The notes under the pieces are model-generated. The model made no database searches. It saw only the letters and a list, made by a program, of their open reading frames with translations, and was not told the origin of the DNA. Below, piece by piece: positions 40,719-52,524 of a stretch of 64,000 nt of DNA. Each line of letters begins with the position of its first letter. Positions within the stretch are counted from its first letter, which is position 1. The position numbers and the translations under genes are program-made. Origin of the DNA: Balanoglossus misakiensis (Eukaryota; Animalia; Hemichordata); NCBI GenBank assembly GCA_040954595.2, contig CM082588.2:12227398-12291397 (forward strand). Reading direction: 5' to 3'.

Positions 40719-42906
40719 TAGTCCATGGGCCAGGACCCCATTTTTCATAAATTGGTATCAGAAAGATGGACAAAGCCTCACATAGATTTTTGGAAAGGCC
40801 TATATCTCTAGATTATAAATTGGGGTGATAGCCCTGCCTATCGAGTAGCTTTCTGCATTTTTTCCCTCAAAAACTAATGTAAGAACCTAAAAATTTCCGA
40901 CCCAAATTTTGAGGGTAGGGGAACTTTAAATTGCTGTAACTCCAGCAAAACTAAAGCCAGAACAGTCATTTACCACTCAAATTGTGTGTTTTTTAGAACT
41001 CTACCAAAATAATATATTTTGGTGGTAATTCGTTTTGAATTGAGGTCAATAGAGGTCAAAAGGTCATGAAATTTGGGTCATTCTGAACATTTGTAGTATG
41101 ACTATTTCTTGAACGATTGTTTTTAACTTAAGTCTTTAAATGTCATTTACAAGATAAAATACTCTCCCAGAATCTATTTCAAACCAATAGAAAACCTTAT
41201 TATTCATTTATGACCAGAAAAACACAAATAAAGAGAAACGACAGAAAGACATCCAATTTTCCACTCAGATTTAAGGGTAGGGGAAACTTAAGTTCTTGTA
41301 ACTCCGGCAAAAATAAACCCAGAACAGTCATCTACCACTCAAACTGTGTGTTTTTTAGAACTCTACCAATATAATATATTTTGGTGGTAATTCGTTTTGA
41401 ATTAAGGCCAATAGAGGTCAAAAGGTCATGAAATTTGGGTCATTCTGAACATTTGTAGTATGACTATTTCTTGAACGATTTTTTTAACTTAAGTCTTTAA
41501 ATGTCATTTAGAAGATAAAATACTCTCCCAGAATCTATTTCAAACCAATAAAAAACCCTATTATTCAATTACGATCAGAAAAACACAAATACAGAGATAC
41601 GGAAGAATGGCACAAGACTTCAGACCCTGTTATTGGGGTAGTAGTTGTAACTCCGGCAAAAATAAAGCCAGAAAAGTCATCTACCTCTCAAATTGTGTGT
41701 TTTTTAGCACTCTAGCGATTGTATATGTATTTGTTGCAATTTTGTTTTGAATTTAGGTCACAGAGGTCAAAAGATCACAAGATTTGGGTAATTTCGAAAA
41801 ATTATGGTACGAACATTTCCTGCATTAATTTTTTAAACCCAAGTCTTCAAATGTCATTTATGAGATAAAATACTCTACACGATTTTTTTTCAGACCAATT
41901 GAAGACCTTATTATTCAATTACAATCAGAAAAAAAATTAGTAGAGAAACGGGATAATAACAAACAATTTCCCACGGATTTTGGGGTAGGTTTGGCCATCT
42001 AACAGGTAAGTATACACCCAACTGATCATGCACATATGGTGTTTAGGAGAACGGATGTGCAAATTTGTGAACCTTTGCATGCTGCTCATGTGCACTGTAC
42101 TTGTATGATGATTCCTAACAATACTACGAGAAGGGGCCATTAAGGCATTGTAGCTCTGGTTGTGTATTATTGTTGGATACCATCCTACAGTGTACAGGCA
42201 CAGCAGATGACAAGCCAAGCAAAGGTTCAAAAATTCAAAACGAATTACCACCAAAATATATTATATTGGTAGAGTTCTTAAAAACACACAATTTGAGTGG
42301 TAGATGACTGTTCTGGGTTTATTTTTGCCGGAGTTACAAGAACTTAAGTTTCCCCTACCCTTAAATCTGAGTGGAAAATTGGATGTCTTTCTGTCGTTTC
42401 TCTTTATTTGTGTTTTTCTGGTCATAAATGAATAATAAGGTTTTCTATTGGTTTTAAATAGATTCTGGGAGAGTATTTTATCTTGTAAATGACATTTGAA
42501 GACTTAAGTTCAAAAAAATCGTTCAAGAAATAGTCATACTACAAATGTTCAGAATGACCCAAATTTCATGACCTTTTGACCTCTATTGACCTCAATTCAA
42601 AACGAATTACCACCAAAATATATTATTTTGGTAGAGTTCTAAAAAACACACAATTTGAGTGGTAAATGACTGTTCTGGCTTTAGTTCTGCTGGAGTTACA
42701 GCAATTTAAAGTTCCCCTACCCCCAAAATTTGGGTCGGAAATTTTTAGGTTCTTACATTAGTTTTTGAGGGAAAAAATGCAGAAAGCTACTCGATAGGCA
42801 GGGCTATCACCCCAATTTATAATCTAGAGATATAGGCCTTTCCAAAAAACCAAGTGAGGCTTTGTCCATCTTTCTGATACCAAATTCCTGTCTGGCCCAT
42901 GGACTA
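40719..42906. mobile_element. Non-autonomous foldback DNA transposon with ~680-bp TIRs, 5'-TAG...CTA-3' ends and a 3-bp TSD (Academ-like)
   Basis: TAGTCCATGGGCCAG ... CTGGCCCATGGACTA; 40719-~41403 is the reverse complement of ~42232-42906; TTG duplicated on both sides. Removing it restores the pol frame DYPL-MENFYWTES. The superfamily call is an inference. Confidence 0.88.
40900..41935 (+). repeat. About three tandem ~360-bp subrepeats inside the foldback element
   Basis: GTAACTCC(A/G)GCAAAA...AGAGGTCAAAAG...GATAAAATACTCT recurs near 40936, 41298 and 41647. Confidence 0.85.
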
Positions 42907-42909
42907 TTG

Positions 42910-44011
42910 ATGGAGAACTTCTACTGGACAGAGTCGAAAGTGGTACTCGGCTACATAGGAAATGATGTTCGTCGCTTCCACATATATGTTGCGAATCGTA
43001 TACAAAGAATTAAAGAATCATCTCAGCCAGAGCAGTGGCACTTTGTCCACACTGAGGAAAACCCTGCAGATCATGCATCTCGTGGACTCGGCGTTGATGG
43101 ACTGATGAAATCCAATTTGTTTAGAGGTCCTGCCTTTTTGTGGGACAAAGAGCTTCCTCTGTCCACTCGGGTAGACGCACAGGTGTCAGCAGATGACCCC
43201 GAGGTAAAGAATACCAGAACATTGATGACTTCCTCGACTGCAACGTCATCCATGTTACATCGTGTAGAGCGATTTTCCGATTGGAACAAGGTTGTAGGAG
43301 CATTCGCCACCTTGTATCGCTATGTATCCGGGAAGGGAAGGGAAAGCGAAAGGAAATCGCTTCCGGAGGAACAAGACAGAGAGCTACCATGGCCATCGTG
43401 GCATGGGCCCAACAGGAAGCTTTCAAAGAAGAAATAGAGTCATTGAAATCTCGCACGTCAGAAGATAGTTCGGTCGGTTTGTCTCTTCGTACTCTGATGT
43501 ATGAAGCAATGGCGATTGTGAATAGTCGACCCTTATCAGCAGAGAACTTGAACGACCCTACTGGACCGATGCCTCTTACTCCAAATCAGCTGCTGACTAT
43601 GAAATCGGATGTGATTTTGCCACCGCCAGGCAACTTCGTCAGAGAAGATCTGTATGCCAGGAAAGGATGGTGTTCTGTTCATATCTTGCGAACGAGTTTT
43701 GGACAAGATGGCGTAAGGAATACTTACAGAATCTACAGGCCAGACAGAAGTGGCAGGAAACGAAGAGAAACCTTGAAGTTGGAGATATTGTACTTCTTAA
43801 GGAAGATGATGCTGTGAGAAATCAGTGGAGACTTGCGAAAGTGATAGACACTTTGCGCGATGATGATTGTTTGATACGTAGAGTCACTATCCTTGTGGGG
43901 GATCCCAACCTCTCGAAACAAGGTAAGAATGTAGACAAGGCAACAATTTTAGAAAGGCCTATTCATAAGCTTGTTGTATTGGTAGAAAATCCTGAAGCAG
44001 AGAAATGCTAA
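42910..44011 (+). pseudogene. pol: BEL pol, C-terminal part: RNase H end, then integrase tail after an internal deletion near 43470
   Basis: YWTESKVVL, YVANRI, NPADHASRG, then a jump to EAIVNSRPL-like, PLTPNQLL, FWTRWRKEYL and ERPIHKLVVL. Confidence 0.9.
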
Positions 44012-44119
44012 GGTAAGTTGTTTTCAGTGACACGGGAGAGCTGAGAAATAGCTTGGACGTATTAGGTAGTTGTTTTCAGTATTTCGATTAGGTAAAATCA
44101 ATGTGATTTTAGGGGGGAG

Positions 44120-44700
44120 TGTGGCTGAAGCCATGCAAAAACAAAAGAATTTCGTATTTTAATATTGAGGGATATGCACGAACGGTTTGTTGTTTAAAAC
44201 CTTACTCCAGAAAAATATTTCCATATTTTGTTACGAGTTTCGATATTGTAGACTTTTGATTTTCACAGAGAAAGATGTTGTGACTTTATGTGTACCTTTG
44301 AAGGTCATTGTGAACACATCGACAAACCATATTTCGCACAAAAGTTTTACAAGTAGTCCATCTACGATTGTCATATCACTACACATTTGCACCTCGTGTT
44401 TTTGACTTCGCTATGGGACGGTGAAGTACGCCCTCGTCTCTCGTTTCGTACCCTTCGATATTTCATTCGTATTTCGAAACTTCCCGACCACAAAGCTTTA
44501 CAAGTCGCCAGTGAGTTTTTACTGTGACCGCCAAAGTTTTCCGAAAGATTCAAAAGTCAGAGTCGAAGTCTTTCGACTATTGTGTACAGTCTCGTACGAT
44601 CGCATTCAGCGATCAGTCGATCGATTTATCGATAATAAACCGAAGACCCGTACATGGAAACTCGACTTTTGAATATTTCGGAAAAGCTTTGGCGGTCACA
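44120..44700 (+). repeat. BEL 3' LTR (581 bp) ending in a 178-bp IR-bounded cassette
   Basis: TGTGGCTGAAG...GGCGGTCACA; 44523-~44565 is the inverted repeat of ~44661-44700. Confidence 0.93.
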
Positions 44701-45201
44701 GTTGTTACCCCCAACTTAGACATGTTTACATAACTTTAATAGGCCAGCTGTTACAGAGACCACCGGCTATTAAATTTTAATTACCAGTGGCAGGTCAGTG
44801 TGTGTCTGTCTGTTTGTTCCAGGGCTGACTGAAAGAAGTTGCTTCTCATACGTGTTTGTCCAGACAATTTTTGGTCAATTTTTTTTTCTACCACCAGTTG
44901 TAAGACTGCCATGACACATGACAGTTTTTTGGGCATGTTCTTTGATAATTTTTTTACATTCCATATTTCTATATCGTAAGATCATATCTGCTTGCAATGT
45001 CACCTTTAATTTTTATTCTGGTGTGTCACTGTTTTTGCATAATCCTCAAATTGGACCACAGTGTCCTTGATGCTATTTTGTTTTCATTTTGTGGAGGGGT
45101 AAACACAAGTTCTTTCAAAGATATTGCGCTGAATCAATGGCACTGTCTTTGGTGAAATGGAAACAGCCACTCGTTTTGAAAATACTACATGTAATCATAG
45201 A

Positions 45202-46023
45202 CCCTAGAGAAAATTTTTGCTGGTTTGTCTAGTGTACCAGGGCAGAGTGCTTGCCACCCCAACCCCACTGATGATAATATTTAACAAAGTAATACATAAA
45301 AGAGAATAATTGTTTAAACCATTTCGCATAACTGATAGTTTCATGCTCCATCTTCTATATGCTGGAAGCTTTATAAATGATGTCATGACGAAGATGACGC
45401 CAAATCTTCTTACTTTTAGTGGAATGGCAAAAAGTAAAATTGGTCCTCCCAAATATTGAGATGAATTTGCTTTTGAGTTCATACAAATGCAACTTTGAGC
45501 AACATATTTTACAAAATTTTCTTATGTGGGACCATGTGTACCATGTCAGACTTATTCCCACCCCACCCCTATTCTTACTTTGAGTGAGGTGGCAAAATCA
45601 AAATTTGTCCTGCCTAACATTGAGTTAGTTTGCTTTTGAGTTCATTAAAATGCAACTTTGAGCACCGTATTTTACAAAATTGTCTTATGTGGGAGGGGAA
45701 CACCCCTCCCACGCACACCCCCGCCACTTTTCTTGTTTTACCAATTCTAGCAAGTATTGTATTGACTTGTCATTTTATTTTGTTCATAGATTTCTTTATT
45801 GCAACGATATTATTATAAGAAATTTATAATTGAGGTGTGAGGAGCCTCATTCCCTTTATTGCATACAGTGTACATAGTATCAGGACGGCAAATGTGTTCA
45901 GCATGGGGGGGGGGTCATCATATTTTGGTGCTGGGTGAAGGGGGGGGGGTCGGCCTGATTTTGAAAACCAATGACTCAAACTTGCCGACCCCCCCCCCCC
46001 AGCCGTAAAAACTGAACGGTCCC
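45202..46023. mobile_element. Second left-truncated copy of the Harbinger-like MITE
   Basis: Matches ~58017-58841; right TIR plus TAA is followed by the same GTATTAGGAAGG flank as at 34390. Confidence 0.9.
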
Positions 46024-48066
46024 TAAGTATTAGGAAGGTTCCAATGCATGTCACAGGGCATGAATGTACAAGACTAGGTGTACTGTTTTGTATTTTGTTA
46101 ATCTTAAAAATTGTGCTCCATAAATTTTAATGTGTAATTGTTTTCATACTAGGATGAAAAGGAAACTGAGAACTAAATATGGCATTAGTGACACTTATAA
46201 TCCACTAATGGAACTGGAATCATTTGATAATGGCAGGTAGGTTACATTATACACATGACTGGTGGTAAGGTAAGCATTTGTTTTCATCAATGGATGACCA
46301 CTTATAACATACCAATGTTCACATCCTCTTGAAAATTCAAGGTCATTGTAAGTGTAAACTTACAAGTTGAAATATTAATTACCTTTATGTGTTTTCAACT
46401 CTACTTTTAGATCTCTTTTGAGAAACTACATAAAATTGAATTGGGAATAGTAAAAATATTTACCCAATTAACATTTGAAGTGATTGGAGCTAATGATAAA
46501 CTGGAAATAGAGCACAAATTAAAGGTAAGAAATTTAGTATAATTTAGTATTTAATTTTCTTTAAATGATGAATCAGAAGTTTTTTTTAAACTATGTTACA
46601 ATACTGGAACAAAGTCCATTGTGTTTGCTAGTGCATCATGTAAATGTGCTGACAATTCAATCGCCCGTGTATAAATCAATATTGTAATTGACATTATGGT
46701 TTAATTGGCAATATGTATTTACAGACCAGTTTCATTATTATGTTAGGTATTTGATTGGACAGCTTTCAAACGAACTCTATCCCCATCATTTGTATACAAA
46801 CACAAGTCGTTTATCGGAAGGGACTTCAAGTTGTGGGCCCAGGTGGCACCATTCATACTGGCTTCTAACGTACCACCTGAGTATCTACGATTGTGGCACC
46901 TCATCAGTGAGGTAGGTTATAACATTATCTTTATCATTTCTTCACTTCACTGATCAGGTTATCAACAAATCCTTGCATTTCTCTGAGATTACATTTAAGT
47001 TTGATATTTAGCTCCCATTTTTTGAAAATGCCAAGTGTCTCACTAATTGTATATAAAGTTACTTGGGTATCTGGTTATGGCTGTAGAGCTGTGAAAATCT
47101 GAAGCAAAACTATTATATACTTGTGTGTGTGTATTTCTCATGGTGAAATCGGAAATGTTTTATGAAGAATTTCCTTTTGTTAAAGTATCAAAATAATTAT
47201 ATTTTTATGACGCCTCTCTTCTTTCACTTGACATAGGTTTTTGTACTTGTGCATATAGGTAGACTAACAACATGTCAGAGAAATGCAAGGATTGGTTGAT
47301 AACCTGATCAGTGAAGTGAAGAAAGTGTTTCCTTCAACTTTGAAGAAACCTAAGATACACATGCTGCTTCACTTGATAGTTGACATCACAGATTATGGTC
47401 CCTGTGACTGCACTGATACTGAAAGGTATACAGCATTTATGAAATATTTACCTTAATTTAACTTGTGGTCTTTGGTTATTTTGGGTTCCATTTGTTCCAC
47501 TGTCTGACTAGTTTCATAATGAATTAGTTGTGAGATACCCAGCAGATGCTTCATGTATCAATCGACAAGTTGATGAAAGGTAAACAATACAAAAATAATA
47601 TAGGAAGATTTTTTTAAATTTTCCCCTTCTCAGATGTGAATCATTAATGGACTTGGTCAGGGTCAGGTATTTATTTACCAATCACCACAATCCATCTAGA
47701 GATCTGGCCGTAAGTTTTGGTAGACTTCAACAGATTCATCACATACTTCAATGTGGATTTTGAAAAGACTGATGGAGATTACAGGTAAGGACTTACCTAT
47801 TTACAGTTATTAAAAGTAAGCGTGGCAATTAGTCACAAAGATTTATTGATGGGAAGACTGTGTTTGGCAAACTGGCTGACTAATGTATTTATTGCAAGGA
47901 ATGGTCAGTATGCACAGGAAAATGCATTTTATATCATTTTGATGAGAACAATGGGGACACCGCACAGTGCAGACGTGTAAAACTGAGCTCCGTAAACTTC
48001 ACCTGAAAACGACTTCAACAAGTTCCTTTGGTGGTCTCCTGAGCTGTCCAGGGGCAACAATCACCA

Positions 48067-49071
48067 GTGAGAAGTTCGTGTAGCGAAATGGGAATATCCA
48101 CAGAACAGTATCGAGTGAAAATTGGTAATTTTGCCGGCGGCGACCCGACACGTCAGCGTAAGCTATCGAAGATGGCCGACCTACACATACCTCTGATGAA
48201 CTGCAAGATGTCCCTGACCATTAAGCTTTGCCTTTTCAGTCTACTTGTAACATGCGGGAGTGTAGAGAGAAACCCGGGTCCTAACCTCCGTTCCAGTAAC
48301 CAGAGCACGGGTTCGGGAGAAGATTCTGCTACCAAAAAAGATATCGAAGGTATCGTACACAAACTTGATAGACTTTTACGGGATTCGAAGACAATGAACG
48401 CTAAACTTGACAAATTACAATCACGAATCGACAATATAGAGGACGAAATGAGTGAATTAAGAGAGTTGTTGGACGACAACAGAGCAAGAATGTTAGATCT
48501 GGAATCAAAACAGAAACCATTCGATGAATTTCAAGAAGCAATTGCCCGCCTACAACGTGACAACGAACAGATCAAACGTGACAAGGATGATCTTGAGAAC
48601 AGAAGCCGAAGGAACAATTTATTGTTCTACGGTTTGGAACAAGAAAAGGAAAATGAAACCTGGGAAGAAGCTGAGAAGAAAGTCAAAGATGTGTTGAAAA
48701 ACGAGCTGGAAATTTCGGAAGACATTGTGTTTGACAGGTGTTGTCGTTTGAACAATGCACCGCCAATACGCGGAGCTAGGCCGGTCATAGCTACGCTTTC
48801 AAAGTTTAAAGACAAATTTCTCATTCTTTCCCAAACAAGGAAACTTGCTAACTCCGGTATCAGTATCGGAGAGGATTTCACGAAAAGGGTACGTGCCATT
48901 CGCGCCAAATTGCTTGCTCACCGCAGAATCTTGCTGGACGAACACGTTGGTTCAAAAGCTCTCGTCCGTTTTGACAAACTGATTCATACCGAAGCCAACG
49001 GCCAGAAGACCACCTATAAAGTCGACGAATCAACAGGGCAAGTCGTGAAGGCGCACATCGCTCCACCATAG
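48067..49071 (+). CDS. LINE ORF1 protein: 2A-like leader, coiled coil, L1-type RRM (first ATG at 48088)
   Basis: Open 334-codon frame with LLVTCGSVERNPGP, heptad region, ENRSRRNNLLFYGL, RPVIA and IGEDFT. Confidence 0.9.
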   Translation: MRSSCSEMGISTEQYRVKIGNFAGGDPTRQRKLSKMADLHIPLMNCKMSLTIKLCLFSLLVTCGSVERNPGPNLRSSNQSTGSGEDSATKKDIEGIVHKLDRLLRDSKTMNAKLDKLQSRIDNIEDEMSELRELLDDNRARMLDLESKQKPFDEFQEAIARLQRDNEQIKRDKDDLENRSRRNNLLFYGLEQEKENETWEEAEKKVKDVLKNELEISEDIVFDRCCRLNNAPPIRGARPVIATLSKFKDKFLILSQTRKLANSGISIGEDFTKRVRAIRAKLLAHRRILLDEHVGSKALVRFDKLIHTEANGQKTTYKVDESTGQVVKAHIAPP

Positions 49072-49110
49072 GGACGTGGCCAGGGTCCAAAGAAAAATGA
49101 CATTTCCTTT

Positions 49111-52100
49111 TTGTTCTGGAACATCAGAGGCTTAAAGGCTAAATCCTCAGATTCAGATTTCCTTTCATTTTGTAAAAATTTTGACATAATTGGTCTCGTA
49201 GAAACTTTTTGTTGCAAGGCAGACAGTGTTGATTTCTTAGCCGACTATGTCGCTTTTAAATTCCCAGCTTGTAGACGCAGCCAGAGAGGACGTCCGAGTG
49301 GGGGAACTGCTGTTTACGTTCACCGAAATTTTGCAAACAAAGTAAAGGAAATTCATAGCTCTGTTGAAAATAGCATTTTTCTTCATCTCGATAAAACTAT
49401 CTTTCCTTTTAACAAAGATGTTCTTTATGGCTGCTGCTACTTTAATCCTGATGACAAGTCCGATAAATTCGAAGCGCTGGAATCGCTTATAACTGATTTT
49501 CGCTCTCTTTATTCAGACTCACTGGCTTTACTTGGTGGCGATTTTAACGCCAGAATTGGGTTACTTTCTGATTATATTGTGGACGACTCAATTGACCATG
49601 TACCGACCAATGGTTTAGACTATGTACCTGACACTTTCCAGGTGGAACGAAATTCAAAGGACGAAACGGTTAATGAGGCAGGCAGAGTTATGTTAAATTT
49701 ATGCAAATGTTTGGATATTCACGTTTTGAATGGTCGCTTACATAATGATAAAGCTGGGAATGTTACTTGTGTGACTTCAATGGGTTGTAGCGTTGTCGAT
49801 TATATAATTTCGTCATCTGAAATGTTTAGTTACGTCACATATTTCAATGTACTTCCACGTGCAGAATCTGACCACTTTCCACTCATTTGCAAACTGGAGG
49901 CAGCCAACACTCATTTGCATAAGAAAGAAAAACACCCGCCCATTCCAACCACTGAATCTGTCCGCTTCCATTGGACAGAGAATTGTAAGAGTTCGTTCCG
50001 GCCAAACTTAATGTCCGCAAGTGTTCAGTCACTGCTGCAAAAAGCGAGAAATTCTCTCCCCAATTCTCATGTCACTATCGGTAAACTGAACGAAGCGCTA
50101 ATGTCTGCTGGCTCCGAAGGTTATTGCAAAAGCAAATCATCCAAACACAATGGCAATCAACCACAATGGTTTGATGGGACTTGTACCGAGTCTAAACGCG
50201 TCATGTACGCGAAATTAAAAGTTTTCAGAGAGGATGGCTCAAATGTAGAATTAAGTGAGTATATGGCAGCTAAAGCTAGGTTTAGACAAATTTGCAGAAA
50301 AAGTAAAAGGGAATATCAGGCTCGTATCAGGTGCCAATTGAATGAAGCTTCATCTAAGGGACCGAATGACTTTTGGTCAATTTTGAAATCAGTGTTAAAC
50401 CAGAGGCACAGTCGTGATGAAAGCATCGATATTGAGACGTGGTACAACCACTTTAGTTCTTTACTTAATAGTATAGATAACACAGATACTGACCATATTT
50501 TGCCTACCTCGATTGAAGAGGAGTTTGACAGTATTGATGATTCAGTCAGTTCCGATGCAGGACACTTGGATTCACTTAACTCCAAGATCACGGAGGAAGA
50601 GATCCTGAGATGTCTAAAAGGTCTCAAAGACGGCAAGGCGCCTGGACCAGACGGGATCCCCAACGAGTTTTACAAATTTTCTGCTGATGTAACTTTGCCT
50701 CTTTTAACTGAATTGTTTAATTTCATTTTCGACTCCGGTACCTTTCCATATGAATGGTCTATTGCAATAATCATTCCACTTTTTAAAAAAGGCCGCAAAA
50801 ACGATGTTAATAATTATAGGGGAATCTCTCTTTTGAACACACTGGGTAAAGTTTTCACTTCTGTTTGAAATCAGAGAATTACAAGGTGGGTAGAAGATAC
50901 AAATCTTCTCTCAGATTGCCAGGCCGGTTTTCGAAAAAATCACTGTACAGTCGACAATCTATTTGTTCTTCATGCAATCATTCAGAAATATCTCGGCATC
51001 AGACGAGGAAAGCTTTATTGTATGATCGTGGACTTTTCAAAAGCGTTCGACACTATCAATCATTCTTTGTTGCTGTACAGATCACTTGGTGTTAATGACA
51101 AAATGTACACATTATTACAGTCCATGTATAGTGGTGTTAAAGCATGTGTAAGAACAAACAATGTAACTTCAGCTTATTTTGATTGACCAAAGGGAGTAAG
51201 GCAAGGATGTATCCTCAGTCCAATCTTATTTGCACTTTTCATCGAAGAACTCAATTCCATGTTGATGTCTGCCGGGCGTACAGGAATTCAACTGACACAA
51301 GATATGTATGATCTGTTTGCGCTTTTATATGCAGATGATGTAGTAATTTTTGCAGATTTGATTGCCAACCTGCAACACCTTATCAATATTCTGCAGGAGT
51401 TCTGTAAACATTGGCAGATGAAAGTGAATTTAGACAAAACAAAAATTGTTATCTTTCGTAAGGGTGGTAGAAAGTCATCTAGAGAGGCATGGTACTTTGA
51501 TAATACTGTAATCGAAGTAGTTTCTTATTACAAATATCTTGGGCTGTTACTATCATCTACGAATGTATGGTCGAAAGCTGTCTCGACTCTTGCTTGCCAA
51601 GCAAACAAAGCAATGAACGTGCTGTTAACTGCTACTAGAAAAATTGATAGCTTTACGCTTAAGGTTCATTTCAAGGTTTTTGATGCGATGATTGTACCGA
51701 TCTTGACTTACGGTGCCGAAATATGGGGTTTCCAATACTATGACTGTATTGAAAAGATTCAGAGAAAATGGTGCAGACGACTACTGACAGTCTCAAATAA
51801 TGCCCCTAATGAGGCAGTAGTGGGAGAATGTGGTCGTCTACCTTTATTTTCAAAGACCCTACGGAAATGTATTGGCTACTGGTTAAAGCTTATTGAGATG
51901 CCAACAAATAGACTCCCAAGACATGCGTACAAAATGTTAAGAAATCTCGATAACTTAGGGAGGCATACATGGGTCTCTTCAATCAAACATATTCTTTATT
52001 CACATGGGTTTGGTTATGCCTGGATTGCTCATGAGGTGGGCAACAAAGATATTTTTCTCAGCTATTTTCACTCTAGGGTTATTGATATATGTAAACAACA

Positions 52101-52524
52101 ATAGTTAATTAATGCAACAAACAAACCTAAGTTACGCACATACTGTACATTCAAAAGTATTCTTGAACCTGAAAGGTATTTAACTTTGAACTGTAATGTA
52201 AAATTTATACAGGTTCTTGCTCGCTTCAGATGTTCGTCTCTCCCTCTAGCGATAGAGGAGGGGCGTCATCGGGGAGTTGACCCAAACCATAGGTTTTGTA
52301 AGTTATGTAACTCTGGTGATATTGAGGACGAGTACCATTTTTTGTTAATTTGTTCTCTTTATATCAGCATCAGAATCAAATATTTACCACGAAGTGCTTT
52401 CCTTGACCCAAACTACTACAAATTCAAAAGGCTTATGAGCTCCACAGATTCACAGGTACTACTGAACATTTGCCACTATGTCTATAAAGCTATGGCTGTG
52501 AGAACAGCCACCTGTCCTGCATAG
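49111..52524 (+). pseudogene. LINE ORF2 (APE endonuclease, RT, C-terminal Cys/His finger), disrupted
   Basis: WNIRGL, GDFNA, SDHFP, KAPGPDG, NYRGISL, DFSKAFD, GVRQG, YADD, KYLG, IEEGR...CKLC...EDEYHFLLIC; frameshift near 50865 and stops near 51185 and 52102. Confidence 0.93.

Larger units (their letters stand above)
37957..44700 (+). mobile_element. BEL/Pao LTR retrotransposon, internally deleted (no PBS or gag; most of integrase missing)
   Basis: TG...CA ends, TSD GTTGT (37952-37956, 44701-44705), empty site at ~54491, PPT AGGGGGGAG at 44111-44119, and BEL-type pol motifs. Confidence 0.95.
34387..45200 (+). repeat. Segmental duplication copy 2 (contains the BEL/Pao insertion)
   Basis: 34387-37956 + 44706-45195 is colinear with 46024-47943 + 52681-54984. 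Confidence 0.95.

Noticed and set aside
42862-42909. N-terminus of the 191-aa ORF as a real start
   Set aside because: It derives from the foldback TIR read in frame into BEL pol.
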